Shown here piece after piece: positions 1-9,005 of a stretch of 32,449 nucleotides of DNA. This DNA is from a virus (Duplodnaviria > Caudoviricetes). The stretch lies in IMG/VR virus record IMGVR_UViG_3300032116_000830, positions 1-32,449 of that record; one strand, given 5' to 3'. The position numbers were made by a program, and so were the translations under genes. The notes under the pieces are model-generated. The model worked only from the letters and a program-made list of their open reading frames with translations. It was not told the DNA's origin and made no database searches. Position 1 is the first letter of the stretch. Every line of letters starts with the position of its first letter.

Positions 1-2765
1 GCAATTGTTCCTGTTATCTTTCTACCGTCAAGATAGACATTAATAGGCTGTGCGCCTGAGAAATCATTCATGCGATTAAGTGGAATGACTGCTTCGGGTC
101 CTTTTTCGCCAATCATAGCAAGTGTTGGCGTGTTGATGATTCCGCCTTTTGCAAGCATCGGAATGCCCATTGATTCCGCTTGCTTTTTTGCCCATTTTAC
201 TAGTCCTGCATTATTTGTCTTTAATCCTGTTTGCACTAATCCGCTTAAATACTTCTTTTCATTTTCCATAAAATCTAACATACCTAACATATCTTTTACA
301 GTTTGTTGTATTGTGGCTTTCGTGCTATTCAAGCCATCTAACAACGATTGACCAAATGACTGACCTGCATCTTGCCATTTTGGATTGTATGTTTGTAGTA
401 ACTTTAAAATTTCATCCTGATTATTTTTAATAACCATCTGCCGCGCTTCCTCGAATAACGCTTCTTCAGTCATTAATTTTTCGAATTTTTCTTTTGTTGC
501 TTGTATTTCCGCTTCATAAAAAGATTCTACTGCGCTTAATCTTTCCTGCAATGCGTTCTGTTGAGCTTCATATTGTGATTCATAACCTGACAATTCATTG
601 TCAAGTCTAGCTTCAATTGCTGTTATTTCTGCTTCTGTTTGCTTTTCAATTTCATTTTTTCGTATCTCTGCATTATCTTGGATGTTTTCAATCTGTGTTT
701 TGAGTGATTCAATTTGATTCTTTCTTTCTTCTAACAACAATTCTCTTTGACGCTTTGCAATTTCTTCATTCAGTTTCTGCTGTGCTTTTAATCGTTCTTC
801 TGCGCTATCTGCTGTTGATATTTCCTTCTGCAATTCTGCGATTCGTGTATTATATGCCTGTTCCTCAAGCTGTTTTTCTTCTTGGTCTGTCAATCCGTTT
901 ATGGCATCAATCTGCCTTTGCAATGCGTTGACTTGGTCAAGAGTTTCAGCATCGATTATCTGCAATTTGTTTTTTTGTGCATCGGTTAATACTTGTATTT
1001 CCTGCTTTGCTTTGTCTTTTAATGCCTTAACTTGCCTATCGTAATTTGTTTTAAGTGTCTTAAGTGATTCCTTGAGCGCATCCGTTTCATTATCGCGTCT
1101 TTGCTCGAGTGTTGATAATTGAGCGGCTTCCTGCTCTTGATATTGTTTTTTAAGTGCTTTTGTTAATGCATCACCTAAATTATTTAATCCTTTTTCTGTG
1201 TTGTCATACATTTGCTTTCTGGCTTCATCTGCTTCTTTTTGAGCCTGTGCAAGTGCATCTAATCCTTTTGATGTATCATTAACTGCTTTGTTATAGTCTT
1301 TTTCTTTATTCTTTGCATCATCTGTTTCTTCTGTTGTTGCTGTTATGTTTTCTTTTAAGTCTTGTAAGCCATCATTATATTCAAATGTTTTATCAGTAGT
1401 ATTTGAAATTTCATCGCCCAATTCGCCTGTTTTCTTTTTAGCTTTTTCCATCTGCGCCGCGGCTAATTCTGCCCCTAATGCGGCTTGTTCAGTTTGATAG
1501 TTAAATGTGTTTGTTTCTCTTTTAAGTTTCTGCTCATCTATAAGCGATGACATTTTTTCTCTGGCTTGGTCTATTTTTTCACCTAGTCCAGGTATCCAAC
1601 CTAAAAGCTTTTGGAATGCGGCTAAATACAAATCAACATACTTAAAAATTATCGTCTTAAGATACGATAATCCTTGCTGAAAGCCATATGATATTGCGTT
1701 GACTATCATCATCAATTGTATCTTGACGGTGTCCCAATTCTTCCACATATATAAAGCCGCAATGACAACGGCACCTATTGCCATAATGATTAATCCCATC
1801 GGATTAAGCGCAAGCCCTTTTAATGCAATACCTAGAGCTTTAATTGCAGGAAGCACCATTAAGAATCCTGCCTTTAACATAGGTAGCCAAATTAAAATTT
1901 TACCGCCAATTAACAACAAAGGACCTAAAACCGCTAAAAATGCCGCGAACCCAATAATCAACCCTTTTACTCCAGGCGATAAATTAGAAAATGATTTTAA
2001 CATTCCATTTAATCCGCCTATCATTTTGGTTATAAAAGGTAAAATGATTGTACCGAACTGCACTCCTAATTCTTTTAATAATTCTCCAAAACTTTTCATT
2101 TGAAAAGCCGCTGTTTCTGTATTTCTTGCAACATCTCCCTGCGCTTTTGTCGTTGCATCCATGACAAAAGCATATCTTAATTGCACTTTTTCGGCTTGTG
2201 TCATGTCACTTACATTTTTTTCAATGCCCTTAGATAATGCAAAGGCTTCTAAAGTTGATTCGTTCATGACGACACCTAACATTTTTAATGATTCTGTTTC
2301 ACCCGTAAATACTCCATTTAAGGCGGTCATTGCTTGTTCTATTGGAACATTTTTAAACGATGATAAATCCGCACCTAATTGAGTTAAATTAATTGACATA
2401 TCTGCGGCTTTATCTTCTGCAAACCCCATCGACGTTGCCATATCACCAAACAACGCCGCTGTATCTAATGCTGTTGATTGTGCTAACCCCATTGATTCAA
2501 TAGACGTTTGACTCCATTGCATCACTTTTTCTGCCGATGTTCCGAACGCTACATTGATTTTGTTTGTTGTTTCAACCATATCGCTCGCAAGTTTAAATGA
2601 TGCACCTGCCGCCGCTAAAATAGGCAAAGTGATAAACATAGACATTTTACTGCCTACATTCGCCATACCTTCACCAAATTTAGTTAACTTCTCTTGGGAT
2701 TTTGCAATCCCTTCTTCTAATCCTTTAAAATCTGCGGAAATTTTAACGAATAATTCTGATAACAT
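1..2765 (-). CDS. Tape measure protein (3' end truncated at window edge; absent from ORF track)
   Basis: ATG at 2763-2765. Reads MLSELFVKISADFKGLEEGIAKSQEKLTKFGEGMANVGSKMSMFITLPILAAAGASFK..., then a coiled-coil middle, and ends ...GGIINTPTLAMIGEKGPEAVIPL...VYLDGRKITGTI at the edge. Lies just downstream of the tail chaperones. Confidence 0.93.
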   Translation of the reverse strand, partial: MLSELFVKISADFKGLEEGIAKSQEKLTKFGEGMANVGSKMSMFITLPILAAAGASFKLASDMVETTNKINVAFGTSAEKVMQWSQTSIESMGLAQSTALDTAALFGDMATSMGFAEDKAADMSINLTQLGADLSSFKNVPIEQAMTALNGVFTGETESLKMLGVVMNESTLEAFALSKGIEKNVSDMTQAEKVQLRYAFVMDATTKAQGDVARNTETAAFQMKSFGELLKELGVQFGTIILPFITKMIGGLNGMLKSFSNLSPGVKGLIIGFAAFLAVLGPLLLIGGKILIWLPMLKAGFLMVLPAIKALGIALKGLALNPMGLIIMAIGAVVIAALYMWKNWDTVKIQLMMIVNAISYGFQQGLSYLKTIIFKYVDLYLAAFQKLLGWIPGLGEKIDQAREKMSSLIDEQKLKRETNTFNYQTEQAALGAELAAAQMEKAKKKTGELGDEISNTTDKTFEYNDGLQDLKENITATTEETDDAKNKEKDYNKAVNDTSKGLDALAQAQKEADEARKQMYDNTEKGLNNLGDALTKALKKQYQEQEAAQLSTLEQRRDNETDALKESLKTLKTNYDRQVKALKDKAKQEIQVLTDAQKNKLQIIDAETLDQVNALQRQIDAINGLTDQEEKQLEEQAYNTRIAELQKEISTADSAEERLKAQQKLNEEIAKRQRELLLEERKNQIESLKTQIENIQDNAEIRKNEIEKQTEAEITAIEARLDNELSGYESQYEAQQNALQERLSAVESFYEAEIQATKEKFEKLMTEEALFEEARQMVIKNNQDEILKLLQTYNPKWQDAGQSFGQSLLDGLNSTKATIQQTVKDMLGMLDFMENEKKYLSGLVQTGLKTNNAGLVKWAKKQAESMGIPMLAKGGIINTPTLAMIGEKGPEAVIPLNRMNDFSGAQPINVYLDGRKITGTI

Positions 2766-3080
2766 TTAATCACCACTCTCATAAGACGATACGAAAGCTT
2801 GCAGGAATTGTAATTGCTGTTGCCATGTTTGCTTTTTTCTTGGCTCGCGCGGCATGAAGTCCTCTGGTTTAAATGGTCTACCTTTGCTTCTGTTTGCATT
2901 GGCAATAACTGAACATACTAACGCAAATCTATAATGCTCACGCTTGGCATTCTGCTCATAAGCTTTGACCAAAAAAATATACTCTTTTAAAGTTAAACGC
3001 CACGCATCATCTGGACTTAAGCCAATGTTAGTTACTCCATTTGCCCAAAGCTCAATAATGCGCGGCGGTTTTAGTTTGGG
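2766..3080 (-). CDS. Tail assembly chaperone, gpT-like part reached by -1 frameshift
   Basis: Frame is open from the C_CCA_AAC slippery site (3074-3080): PKLKPPRIIELWANGVTNIGLSPDDAWRLTLKEY...KGRPFKPEDFMP. Lies between gpG and the tape measure gene. Confidence 0.85.
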   Translation of the reverse strand, partial: PKLKPPRIIELWANGVTNIGLSPDDAWRLTLKEYIFLVKAYEQNAKREHYRFALVCSVIANANRSKGRPFKPEDFMPREPRKKQTWQQQLQFLQAFVSSYESGD

Positions 3081-3394
3081 TTTTCTTCCGCTTCCTCGCC
3101 TGTGTCTGTTGATGTTTGTACTAGTTTATTAATTTTGGTGGTTATCTCCTGCATGTTACCCGTATGGATTAACCTACCTACTTGCTCAATCGTTAATGTA
3201 TCATCCTCATGTATCAAGCATGCCCACAGTAAAGCGCGGATGGATGTAGCTGAAATGTTATCGCCTATCGCGAACGCGCTTTTGCCTGTAGCATCCTCAT
3301 AAGCCGCCATCGCATTTAAATCAAATCTTAATGACCTTGGTTTATCTAAGTCTATGATAATCTCATTGTTTCTTTGTTTGTTTCGCGGCATCAT
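3071..3394 (-). CDS. Tail assembly chaperone (gpG-like)
   Basis: LRFDLNAM...IRALLWACL motif, position after the tail tube gene, ends at a slippery heptamer. Confidence 0.85.
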   Translation of the reverse strand: MMPRNKQRNNEIIIDLDKPRSLRFDLNAMAAYEDATGKSAFAIGDNISATSIRALLWACLIHEDDTLTIEQVGRLIHTGNMQEITTKINKLVQTSTDTGEEAEENPN

Positions 3395-3406
3395 GATTCT
3401 CCTTTA

Positions 3407-3808
3407 TTAAATTTGGCCTAATGATGGTTTGCCTGTAACTTTGAATGTAGCTGTGAATGGAATAACTCCATCTACAGGTGCTTCCATAGTAAATCCTGTT
3501 GTCAATACTGTTGCGGTGAATCTGGTCACGCTTGGGCTTGTAGGATAATCAATAGTCACCGTTGTTGTGCTAGATGTTTCCATCTGTACAATTGTCGCAC
3601 TCGCACTGGCTGTTGTGAAGTTACCTTCGATTGAAATCTCTCCACCATCTCGCAAGCCTTTAATGAACTCTCGATATGAACCTGATGAAGAATGAGTTGT
3701 AACGTCAATTGTTTCTGCTGTTAGATTTGGCGCGGAAATTGTTGTAATTTCCGAAATTGTTGTTGCATTTAATTTGAATATTGCTCCATTTGCAAAAGTA
3801 CCTGCCAT
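3407..3808 (-). CDS. Tail tube (major tail) protein
   Basis: ETIDVTTHSS...REFIKGLRDGGEISIEGNF...FTATFKVTGKP siphophage tube motif. Confidence 0.88.
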   Translation of the reverse strand: MAGTFANGAIFKLNATTISEITTISAPNLTAETIDVTTHSSSGSYREFIKGLRDGGEISIEGNFTTASASATIVQMETSSTTTVTIDYPTSPSVTRFTATVLTTGFTMEAPVDGVIPFTATFKVTGKPSLGQI

Positions 3809-3823
3809 TGTTTAACCTCTCCT

Positions 3824-4219
3824 TTAGTGGCAAATCACGTCGTAATTTGCGCTTATAATATGCTTATCTTCATCCCGTTCCGTACTGCTGTAAGTGTAGT
3901 AAACCTGAACCATCGTAAAATTGTCTGTAGTGAATTTTTTAAGATTTATTACATCATTGGCTAATTCTAATATCTCTTTTGCTAGTTTAAAACCACCGCG
4001 CCCGTTTTTTGTAAATATCATCATTTCTAATGTAACAAAAAAACCCGATTTATTCAATCTATTCTGATTTGCTTCGGTCATGCTTCCTATTGTCACATAA
4101 GGATATTGCTGATTTGTCGGCGGCTCGTCATATAAATTATTACTTATCTTAGTCATAAAGGTTGAGTTTGAAGCCAATGCGGTATATAAACTTTTTTGAA
4201 CTGACCACATCGCCGACAT
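3824..4219 (-). CDS. Tail terminator/completion protein (DUF3168-like)
   Basis: VQKSLYTAL...LYDEPP...YPYVTIG motif and synteny. Confidence 0.82.
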   Translation of the reverse strand: MSAMWSVQKSLYTALASNSTFMTKISNNLYDEPPTNQQYPYVTIGSMTEANQNRLNKSGFFVTLEMMIFTKNGRGGFKLAKEILELANDVINLKKFTTDNFTMVQVYYTYSSTERDEDKHIISANYDVICH

Positions 4220-4686
4220 TATTCTATCCCCTTTATTTTTCTTATTGCTGTTATCATCTTAGGTATTGCGGCATCATAAGCATTCTTCAAAAAATATCTT
4301 CCATATCCTTTCGGTCGCTTCTGTCCTCTAACTGTTCTTTTTGATGTTATACCTCCGCCGCCTTTTTCGTGTATATTAAGCGCATATTCAACATTGGTTC
4401 CTACCAATACTTCATATCCAATAGGTTGTTCAGTTTTTAGTTTTCCGTCATAGCTGTTGCCTTGTCTATCCGTATATGTGTAAGTTTTTCTTTTTTCTGT
4501 TAATGTCATGATGCTTGATTTTAATCTTCCTGTATCAACGGGTACCGCTCTCTTTGCTACGGTTTCAATTTCAACCCTGCTCATTGCAATGATGGTTTCA
4601 TATACTTCTTTTTTTAATTTATCTTCAAGATTATTTAATTCATTTTGTAAATCATTGACGTTCGTGACGGTCATTTGAATACTCAT
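4219..4686 (-). CDS. HK97 gp10-like tail component
   Basis: AKRAVPVDTGRLKSSI...VGTNVEYA...YFLKNA motif. Confidence 0.88.
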   Translation of the reverse strand: MSIQMTVTNVNDLQNELNNLEDKLKKEVYETIIAMSRVEIETVAKRAVPVDTGRLKSSIMTLTEKRKTYTYTDRQGNSYDGKLKTEQPIGYEVLVGTNVEYALNIHEKGGGGITSKRTVRGQKRPKGYGRYFLKNAYDAAIPKMITAIRKIKGIE

Positions 4687-4991
4687 ATTTCCGCCCTCGC
4701 TTTAATTGTCATCATCTTGCTTTGTTGCGTTTCGTCTAATACAGATTCAATCTCTAATGTTTGTCCTTTATAGATTAATCTGTTTTGATTGCTTATATCG
4801 CGTTTCCTCATTCGTATTGTGTATTGGTCGATTTGTTGTATTTTGTCAAAACGAGTTTCTTCTTTTGCCATCCCTTGCACATTTGCCCAAACGGTCGAAA
4901 CGGTTGACCATGTTTCTATAAAAGTTCCTCCGCCGCTTGCTGTTGTTGTGAGTGATTGTATAGTGACTCTATTCCTTAATATTGTAAGCAT
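4683..4991 (-). CDS. Head closure / head-tail joining protein
   Basis: LRNRVTIQ...GGTFIETW...VWANV...IRMR...RLIYKGQTLEIESV. Confidence 0.88.
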   Translation of the reverse strand: MLTILRNRVTIQSLTTTASGGGTFIETWSTVSTVWANVQGMAKEETRFDKIQQIDQYTIRMRKRDISNQNRLIYKGQTLEIESVLDETQQSKMMTIKARAEI

Positions 4992-5623
4992 TAGAAAATC
5001 CCCTTAGCACTTGCATAAGGATTAACAATGCGATTTATCATATCTTTAAGCAAAGCCACTCCATTAGATTCATAATTTATAGAGAAACCTTGTTCGCTCC
5101 ATCCTTGAGCATATTCTTGACGATTTTCATAAAGAAAAGCCGCTACTCGTAATATGGCTATTTTCATATCATTGTTTAACGTACTTGGTGTTGCATCTGC
5201 AACCATTCCCGCCACATAGGTTATTACATAACCATCGGCATCCCTGCCGCGCTTGAATTTATAATCATCATGAAATAGCTTATTTCCTGCAAGTCTATAT
5301 TCATCTGTGTCAATGGTTTCATACGTGCTATCGAAATTTTCTGCATATTGCAACGATGTTACGGAAAAAACAGGGATTCGCAATGCGTCCAATGTTTCAA
5401 TTCCGCCTGTTTGCTTTTGTGTGACTGTTCTGCGGTGAAAAGCTAATGATGCTTGTGTTTCAATCATCTTTCTAGCCGTCTTGATAATCTGCGCAATTAA
5501 AGCGTCATCTGTTGTGTCATCAACTTTAAAATAATTTTTAGCTTCGTTTACTGTGACTGGCTCATATGTTGGCTCGGTTTCGGAGACTGTAACAAATTGA
5601 CTAATCCAACTCTCTGTTAACAT
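4991..5623 (-). CDS. Head-tail connector (gp6-like)
   Basis: EPVTVNEAKNYFKVD...DDALIAQIIKTAR...ITYVAG...AILRVAAFLYENR. Confidence 0.9.
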   Translation of the reverse strand: MLTESWISQFVTVSETEPTYEPVTVNEAKNYFKVDDTTDDALIAQIIKTARKMIETQASLAFHRRTVTQKQTGGIETLDALRIPVFSVTSLQYAENFDSTYETIDTDEYRLAGNKLFHDDYKFKRGRDADGYVITYVAGMVADATPSTLNNDMKIAILRVAAFLYENRQEYAQGWSEQGFSINYESNGVALLKDMINRIVNPYASAKGIF

Positions 5624-5807
5624 GTTTCCTCCCCCTTGTTTTTATGACTTTGGTTTCATATTCAATCTCATCTGTTTCAAATTCAAGCAATCCAAGAGTA
5701 GCTAAATATTTCGCACGCTCGATGTCATTTGTTTCATATTCTTCGCCTGCTAAATAGTTTTTATTATCTGATTTGCTGTGGAATCTGTGCTTGACGATGT
5801 ATTTCAT
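5601..5807 (-). CDS. Small head-associated protein (68 aa; likely start MKYIVKHRF)
   Basis: AGGAG upstream of 5807. YLAGEEYET...RAKYLATLGLLE resembles small proteins found between capsid and connector genes. The ORF-track extension to 5966 overlaps the GT gene. Confidence 0.65.
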   Translation of the reverse strand: MKYIVKHRFHSKSDNKNYLAGEEYETNDIERAKYLATLGLLEFETDEIEYETKVIKTRGRKHVNRELD

Positions 5808-6501
5808 ACTGTTTGACATCCTCCTTGCGATATAAATGAGTAGCAGGATAATGCGTATCCATCGTAACTTGATAGCCATGTACTGCGGCTCGAATGCAGA
5901 ATGCTCTATCTTCCCACATGCTGAACGATACATTGTGAATCGGATTATAATTAACGCCTGACTCAATCACATCACGACGAATTAATATGCATGCTCCGCT
6001 ATAACCAACTTTCCATATTTCCTTTTGCTTGTACTTGCGCCAATCCTTATCTTTGCCATATCCGTAAAAATCATAATCCCACGCATTCGGCATCAACTCT
6101 TCACCAGGGTTCCATGCTGTCCAAAATATCTCGGATATTATTGGCTGATTCTGCATTACTAAATGTTGTAAAGTATTTGGATGTAGAATTAAATCGGAAT
6201 CAACTAGAAAAAAATAGTCATAATTTTCACTCAATGCTTTATGCAACAAATAATTCTTCATATTTGTAACATCTTTTAGGTTTTCTTTTTTCCAATGGTG
6301 AGTACTGTTTACCTCGTATTGCGTTTTATTCGTAAATTCCTCATATTGATTTTTATTCAAATATTTTTTTAATTCTGGAGAGTTATGCAAAATAAAAAAC
6401 AAATCTATTTCATGTTCACATTTTAAATTTGCTAATGATTCCAAATAATACTTAAAAATAGTTTCGTCCTGCTTTACTGATGAGCCTATGAGTATCTTCA
6501 T
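5764..6501 (-). CDS. Glycosyltransferase, GT-A fold (GT2-like)
   Basis: MKILIGS first strand, YDYFFLVDSD (DxD), GACILIRRDV, WEDRAFCIRA, HLYR. Confidence 0.88.
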   Translation of the reverse strand: MKILIGSSVKQDETIFKYYLESLANLKCEHEIDLFFILHNSPELKKYLNKNQYEEFTNKTQYEVNSTHHWKKENLKDVTNMKNYLLHKALSENYDYFFLVDSDLILHPNTLQHLVMQNQPIISEIFWTAWNPGEELMPNAWDYDFYGYGKDKDWRKYKQKEIWKVGYSGACILIRRDVIESGVNYNPIHNVSFSMWEDRAFCIRAAVHGYQVTMDTHYPATHLYRKEDVKQYEIHRQAQIPQQIR

Positions 6502-7274
6502 GACTCCACCTTTTGCGCTTGCACTAGCTTGGTATATTCTTCAACGAAATCTTTCTCAAATATTTCCGTATGTCCAAGATGACCGAATTGCAATGTTGTA
6601 TCACAATACATTTTAACTCCCGCTTCTTTAAGTTTTAAGCAGAATGTCAAATCCTCTCCAACATTAGGCAATGGAAAAAAATAAGGCTGTTGAATCTTCT
6701 CGAACGCTGAACGTTTTATAAGTGCGCATGCTAGCCCTGCGCCTTCTATCGGTAATAATCCTTCTCCATACTGTGCAGGTGCTTCAAGTTCTGGTACTCC
6801 GTCTTTATACTCGAATTTAGTATAAAAGCATGGTTGATATGGTTTTACTCGCTTGAATGCTTTTGCTGTCACAAATTCCAAGTTATGACGCAATAACATT
6901 TCTACGCTATTTGGATGGAATGTCATGTCGCTATCAATAAACATTAAATAATCATTTTCACTTTTAACAAATTCATGTGCAATATATTCACGAGCATCAT
7001 ATATGAGAGAATTTGATACCATGCAAAATTCATAATACACATTCTTATGATTAAGAAAAAATATTGCTTTCTCATTAAATTCCTTAATCGAATTGTCATC
7101 ATACTTGTTATTAATTAAATTCAATACAATTTTTTCATTTAATTTTATAAATTCTAAAATTAGATTAAGGTCATAAGGAATATTGAATCTTTTTGAGATT
7201 TTCCTTATAAAACTCTCAAATACTTTGAACTCAATCGGTCGGTGAATCGGAATGCCTATTAGAACCTTTGACAT
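6498..7274 (-). CDS. Glycosyltransferase, GT-A fold, with apparent in-frame insertion
   Basis: KVLIGIP, SLIYDARE, DYLMFIDSDM (DxD), GLACALIKRSAFEK, GEDLTFC, GHLG. Confidence 0.86.
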   Translation of the reverse strand: MSKVLIGIPIHRPIEFKVFESFIRKISKRFNIPYDLNLILEFIKLNEKIVLNLINNKYDDNSIKEFNEKAIFFLNHKNVYYEFCMVSNSLIYDAREYIAHEFVKSENDYLMFIDSDMTFHPNSVEMLLRHNLEFVTAKAFKRVKPYQPCFYTKFEYKDGVPELEAPAQYGEGLLPIEGAGLACALIKRSAFEKIQQPYFFPLPNVGEDLTFCLKLKEAGVKMYCDTTLQFGHLGHTEIFEKDFVEEYTKLVQAQKVES

Positions 7275-7307
7275 ATTAACATCTCCCTTAATGTTATCCC
7301 TTATTTA

Positions 7308-7358
7308 GGCGTGGAAACGGCAGGGAAACCGCTTTCGATTGCGCAATCTATCCACGCC
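7308..7358 (-). ncRNA. Candidate cis-regulatory three-way-junction RNA upstream of the GT genes
   Basis: Minus strand GGCGUGGA-UA-GAUUGCGCAAUC-GAA-AGCGG-UUUCCCUG-CCGUU-UCCACGCC: an 8-bp closing stem plus two inner hairpins. The G-U pair forms only on the minus strand. Confidence 0.55.
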
Positions 7359-7365
7359 AAGATGA

Positions 7366-7758
7366 TTAACCTATATATCTATCTCCATCACGTGCAACGA
7401 CTGCCGCGATGCCTGAAGCGGTGTCCGCTTTTGCAACGTAAACTCCTAAATATCTTTTTCCTTCTGTGATTTCAGACTCAAGCACATTAACATTAAGGAA
7501 TCTGCTTGCTGTTTGCGATGCGCCTGTGATTTCTTTTAGCTTTGTAGCAACTGCCCCTGCCCATGTAGCCGCGGTGGACTCCCACACCGATACGGTAATA
7601 ACTCCTGCTGTTGTTGCCACGCCTTGCGAGATGATTGCTAGATACTCCGTAAAGTCTTTCATATCGACAAGCTCGGAAGATGACGCCGCAACTGTGGAAG
7701 CTGTAGCGACAATTGCGCTAGTAAATAAAGTGCGTTCTGTGATTCTCTCCATTGTCAT
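7366..7758 (-). CDS. Putative capsid decoration/cement protein (Ala/Thr/Ser-rich)
   Basis: 130 aa, beta-rich, directly after the capsid gene; VDMKDF...KRYLGV pattern. Call rests mainly on synteny. Confidence 0.55.
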   Translation of the reverse strand: MTMERITERTLFTSAIVATASTVAASSSELVDMKDFTEYLAIISQGVATTAGVITVSVWESTAATWAGAVATKLKEITGASQTASRFLNVNVLESEITEGKRYLGVYVAKADTASGIAAVVARDGDRYIG

Positions 7759-7769
7759 TGTCCCCTTTC

Positions 7770-9002
7770 TTAAGCGCTAAAATCGCCCAAAATAACAAAC
7801 GGTGAAATTGTGCTTCCGCCTGCTCGCGGTGTGATTGCACTATCAAGCCATGGCTGACCATCAACGCGCTGAACGAATCTCCAAGCCTTTTCGTCATATT
7901 TGAATTTAACGTGCATGGATTCTTCAATTGTCAATCTCTGGCGGTCGCCGATTAGATAATATCTCATATCTGCCAACATAATATCGCCGATAGAACCCTT
8001 TGCCGGTACTTTTTCGGTTACTACAACTGGGATTCCGTAAATTGTAGTAGGCAATGCTGTACTGATGTTACCATTAAAGCCAGGCAACAAAATGTAATTG
8101 CTGTTTTCATCTTTTAGCTTATAGATGTCTGGCAATACACTTTGATTGATAACCCATACAGGACTTCCACCACGACGATAGAATCTAGCAAGCATATTCA
8201 CAAGGTCAACGGTTGTAACGCTTCCTGTTGTTCCGCGCGGTACTGTGACTGTTGCACCTGCATTGATGATACCCAATGGCTTGTTAACTCCATTGCCCGT
8301 TAAGAATGCGGCATCTTCTTCAAATGCAATTGTTTGTGAAAATACATCCGAAAGCAATTGTCCCATCGAAACAATGGAATCATCAATTAATTCATCTGAG
8401 CTTTCAACGTAACCGATGAGCTTTTTAGCTTCGAGCGTGATTTGCTTAAACTTCGGATTCGATTCTGTCTTTTCTTGCGCTTCGCCATTCCAATATGCTG
8501 TCACTCCTCCAAATAATGAGCCACTTGCGTTGCTTGCCATATTCAAAGCAGGAATCTTCATAATTGGACTGTTCATTGGAATGACTCGTGCGCCATTGCG
8601 ACGAACTACTGTTTCTTCCAATTGAACTCGAAGAACTTCATTTAAAAATTCATCTGGTACAAGATAACCGCCAAGGTCACCGGTATTTTCAACTAGATTT
8701 TTACGAGTGAACGCCTTAAGCTCGGCATCATTGTTGCGAACTTTTACAAGGAACTCGCCGAACGAATCCTTTTTTTGCACTCCAACGAATCCTGCTTTTG
8801 GCTGACTTGCTTGAAGACTCGCTAGCTTTGTTTCCATTTCTGTTTGATACTTTGAAAACATTGCATCAACGTCTTTTTGGTCGTTGTTGCGTGCATCAAG
8901 CATCTCCATAAATTTCACTTCAAGCGATTTCAAATCTTCCTTACTGACGCCATTAGAAATTGCGTCTGCAATTGCCTTCTGAACTTCATTGATAGACATC
9001 AT
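7770..9002 (-). CDS. HK97-family major capsid protein
   Basis: Coiled-coil delta domain, GGYLVPDEF, AYWNGEAQEK, EDAAFLTGNGVNKPLGII, TIYGIPVV, RVDGQP. Confidence 0.96.
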   Translation of the reverse strand: MMSINEVQKAIADAISNGVSKEDLKSLEVKFMEMLDARNNDQKDVDAMFSKYQTEMETKLASLQASQPKAGFVGVQKKDSFGEFLVKVRNNDAELKAFTRKNLVENTGDLGGYLVPDEFLNEVLRVQLEETVVRRNGARVIPMNSPIMKIPALNMASNASGSLFGGVTAYWNGEAQEKTESNPKFKQITLEAKKLIGYVESSDELIDDSIVSMGQLLSDVFSQTIAFEEDAAFLTGNGVNKPLGIINAGATVTVPRGTTGSVTTVDLVNMLARFYRRGGSPVWVINQSVLPDIYKLKDENSNYILLPGFNGNISTALPTTIYGIPVVVTEKVPAKGSIGDIMLADMRYYLIGDRQRLTIEESMHVKFKYDEKAWRFVQRVDGQPWLDSAITPRAGGSTISPFVILGDFSA

Positions 9003-9005
9003 TCA

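Noticed and set aside
7035-7202. Intein or group I intron in the GT gene
   Set aside because: No C/S...HN splice motifs, too short, and no recognisable catalytic core. Pairings in such AT-rich sequence may be chance.
7308-7358. Hammerhead ribozyme, tRNA or terminator reading of the three-way junction
   Set aside because: It has GAAA but no CUGANGA core, no cloverleaf or T-loop, and no U-tract.
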